DNA of 64,000 nucleotides, taken from assembly GCA_044892525.1 (NCBI GenBank), contig CM097886.1, positions 61,690,001 through 61,754,000 of the forward strand, given 5' to 3'. The stretch's first letter is position 1. Every line of letters starts with the position of its first letter. The DNA is from Schmidtea polychroa. Its lineage: Eukaryota. The notes under the pieces were generated by a model. It had not been told where the DNA came from and did no database searches. It saw only the letters and a list, made by a program, of their open reading frames with translations. The position numbers and the translations under genes were made by a program. Positions 63,212 through 64,000 of the stretch are shown in pieces.

Positions 63212-64000
63212 AACTCTGTCTTTAAAAATTTTAATTTATGTATTTTATTATGTATCAATTTATTAATTTCGATTTTATTAATGAATTTGTTTTTGTTTTT
63301 TTTTATTTCAGTTTATTGTTATATATAATATGTACTTGTTATTTATTTTTATTTTATATGTAAGCATTTTTAAATGAAATAAAAAGAAAAAAATGCATTT
63401 TAAACTAAAAACTACGTTATTTTATAAAAAATTGGAACCAATCCTATTGAATTTATATGGAATTGTATCAAAATATTTGATTCGTTATGCGGCGTTTCGC
63501 TTTGCGGCCAACTTTCCTGGAACGTATCTAGGCCGTAAAGCGAGGTATGAGTGTATATCTCATTTTTAATGTGATATCTAAATATTTTATTACTTTATTT
63601 GCTATTATTAATTGTGAATTGATCCGAATAAATAATAAAAGTTAAATCTGCTATTTTTTAAAAATACTTTGCTATTTAGTTTATCGACGAATGAGTTAGT
63701 TCATTCGGTTTGACCGTATAAAAACTGTGGGGTCCGTCAATAACATTATCTGTGTATTATTATCTGTATTAAATTTAAGAACCACTGATATAAATTATTT
63801 CGATTGGAATAAATGCCTAAATTAACTTTAATATATTTCAACTGTTTTTGACTTTAATTATTAAATTATAAAAATATTTCCAAATAAATCATCATAAATG
63901 AAATCGGCGATTTTATTTACAATACCATAATAGTTTTATTTAGGTAGAAGATGAAACTAAACTAAACTCAATATTCATCACTTGTCTTACCAGAGTTTGA

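Larger units (their letters stand above)
60955..63553 (+). mobile_element. pogo/Tigger DNA transposon, full length with TA TSD
   Basis: TA|CACTCATACCTCGCTATACGGC ... GCCGTAAAGCGAGGTATGAGTG|TA (22-bp TIR, 1 mismatch); transposase inside. Confidence 0.95.
60620..63787 (+). mobile_element. hAT Buster-type 3' end (dimerisation domain and right TIR), interrupted by a pogo/Tigger element
   Basis: FWFNVKSVYHALAEKAIKYLLPFCSTYLCERVFS...KYRNRL..KRQHHLS remnant at 60680-60940. Terminus TTTAAGAACCACTG at 63774-63787, followed by an nnnTAnnn 8-mer (atataaat). Confidence 0.85.

Noticed and set aside
63935-64000. Candidate final kinase exon after ttttatttag
   Set aside because: Neither acceptor gives the expected VAANL-like continuation in phase 1; the last exon probably lies beyond the window.
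1-64000. CRISPR arrays, rRNA, tRNA genes or prokaryotic operons
   Set aside because: No repeat-spacer arrays, tRNA cloverleafs or rRNA-like segments were recognised; the DNA is intron-containing eukaryotic sequence.

Overview
Very AT-rich animal genomic DNA with spliceosomal introns. Intron sizes are bimodal (42-50 nt versus 0.5-15.5 kb), which suggests an invertebrate such as a triclad flatworm (inference). Three host genes were reconstructed. (1) The first four exons of a secreted M14A metallocarboxypeptidase on the minus strand (2202 to 1242, continuing off the left edge; absent from the ORF track). (2) A 245-aa two-TM protein, weakly TMEM200-like (4613-5350, +). (3) An 11-exon OSR1/SPAK (OXSR1/STK39/fray) STE20 kinase with a C-terminal CCT domain (16471-59328, +; last exon(s) not found in the window). 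The long introns and intergenic DNA hold many transposon fossils: Penelope, Ty3/Gypsy, RTE LINE, hAT-Buster, Tc1 DD34E, mariner, Zator-like, piggyBac/hAT/pogo MITEs, and a nearly intact pogo/Tigger nested in a Buster end. The least explained segment is a ~3.7-kb cassette (about 12.2-16.0 kb) just upstream of the kinase. It carries a frameshifted basic/coiled-coil ORF on + and, divergently, decayed ORFs for a putative glycoprotein and two signal-peptide-like ORFs sharing an LPGDH motif on -. It may be an endogenous viral or giant-retroelement accessory module and offers strong splice donors that could feed the kinase's 5' acceptor. Two assembly gaps are present (2823-3036, 61339-61482).
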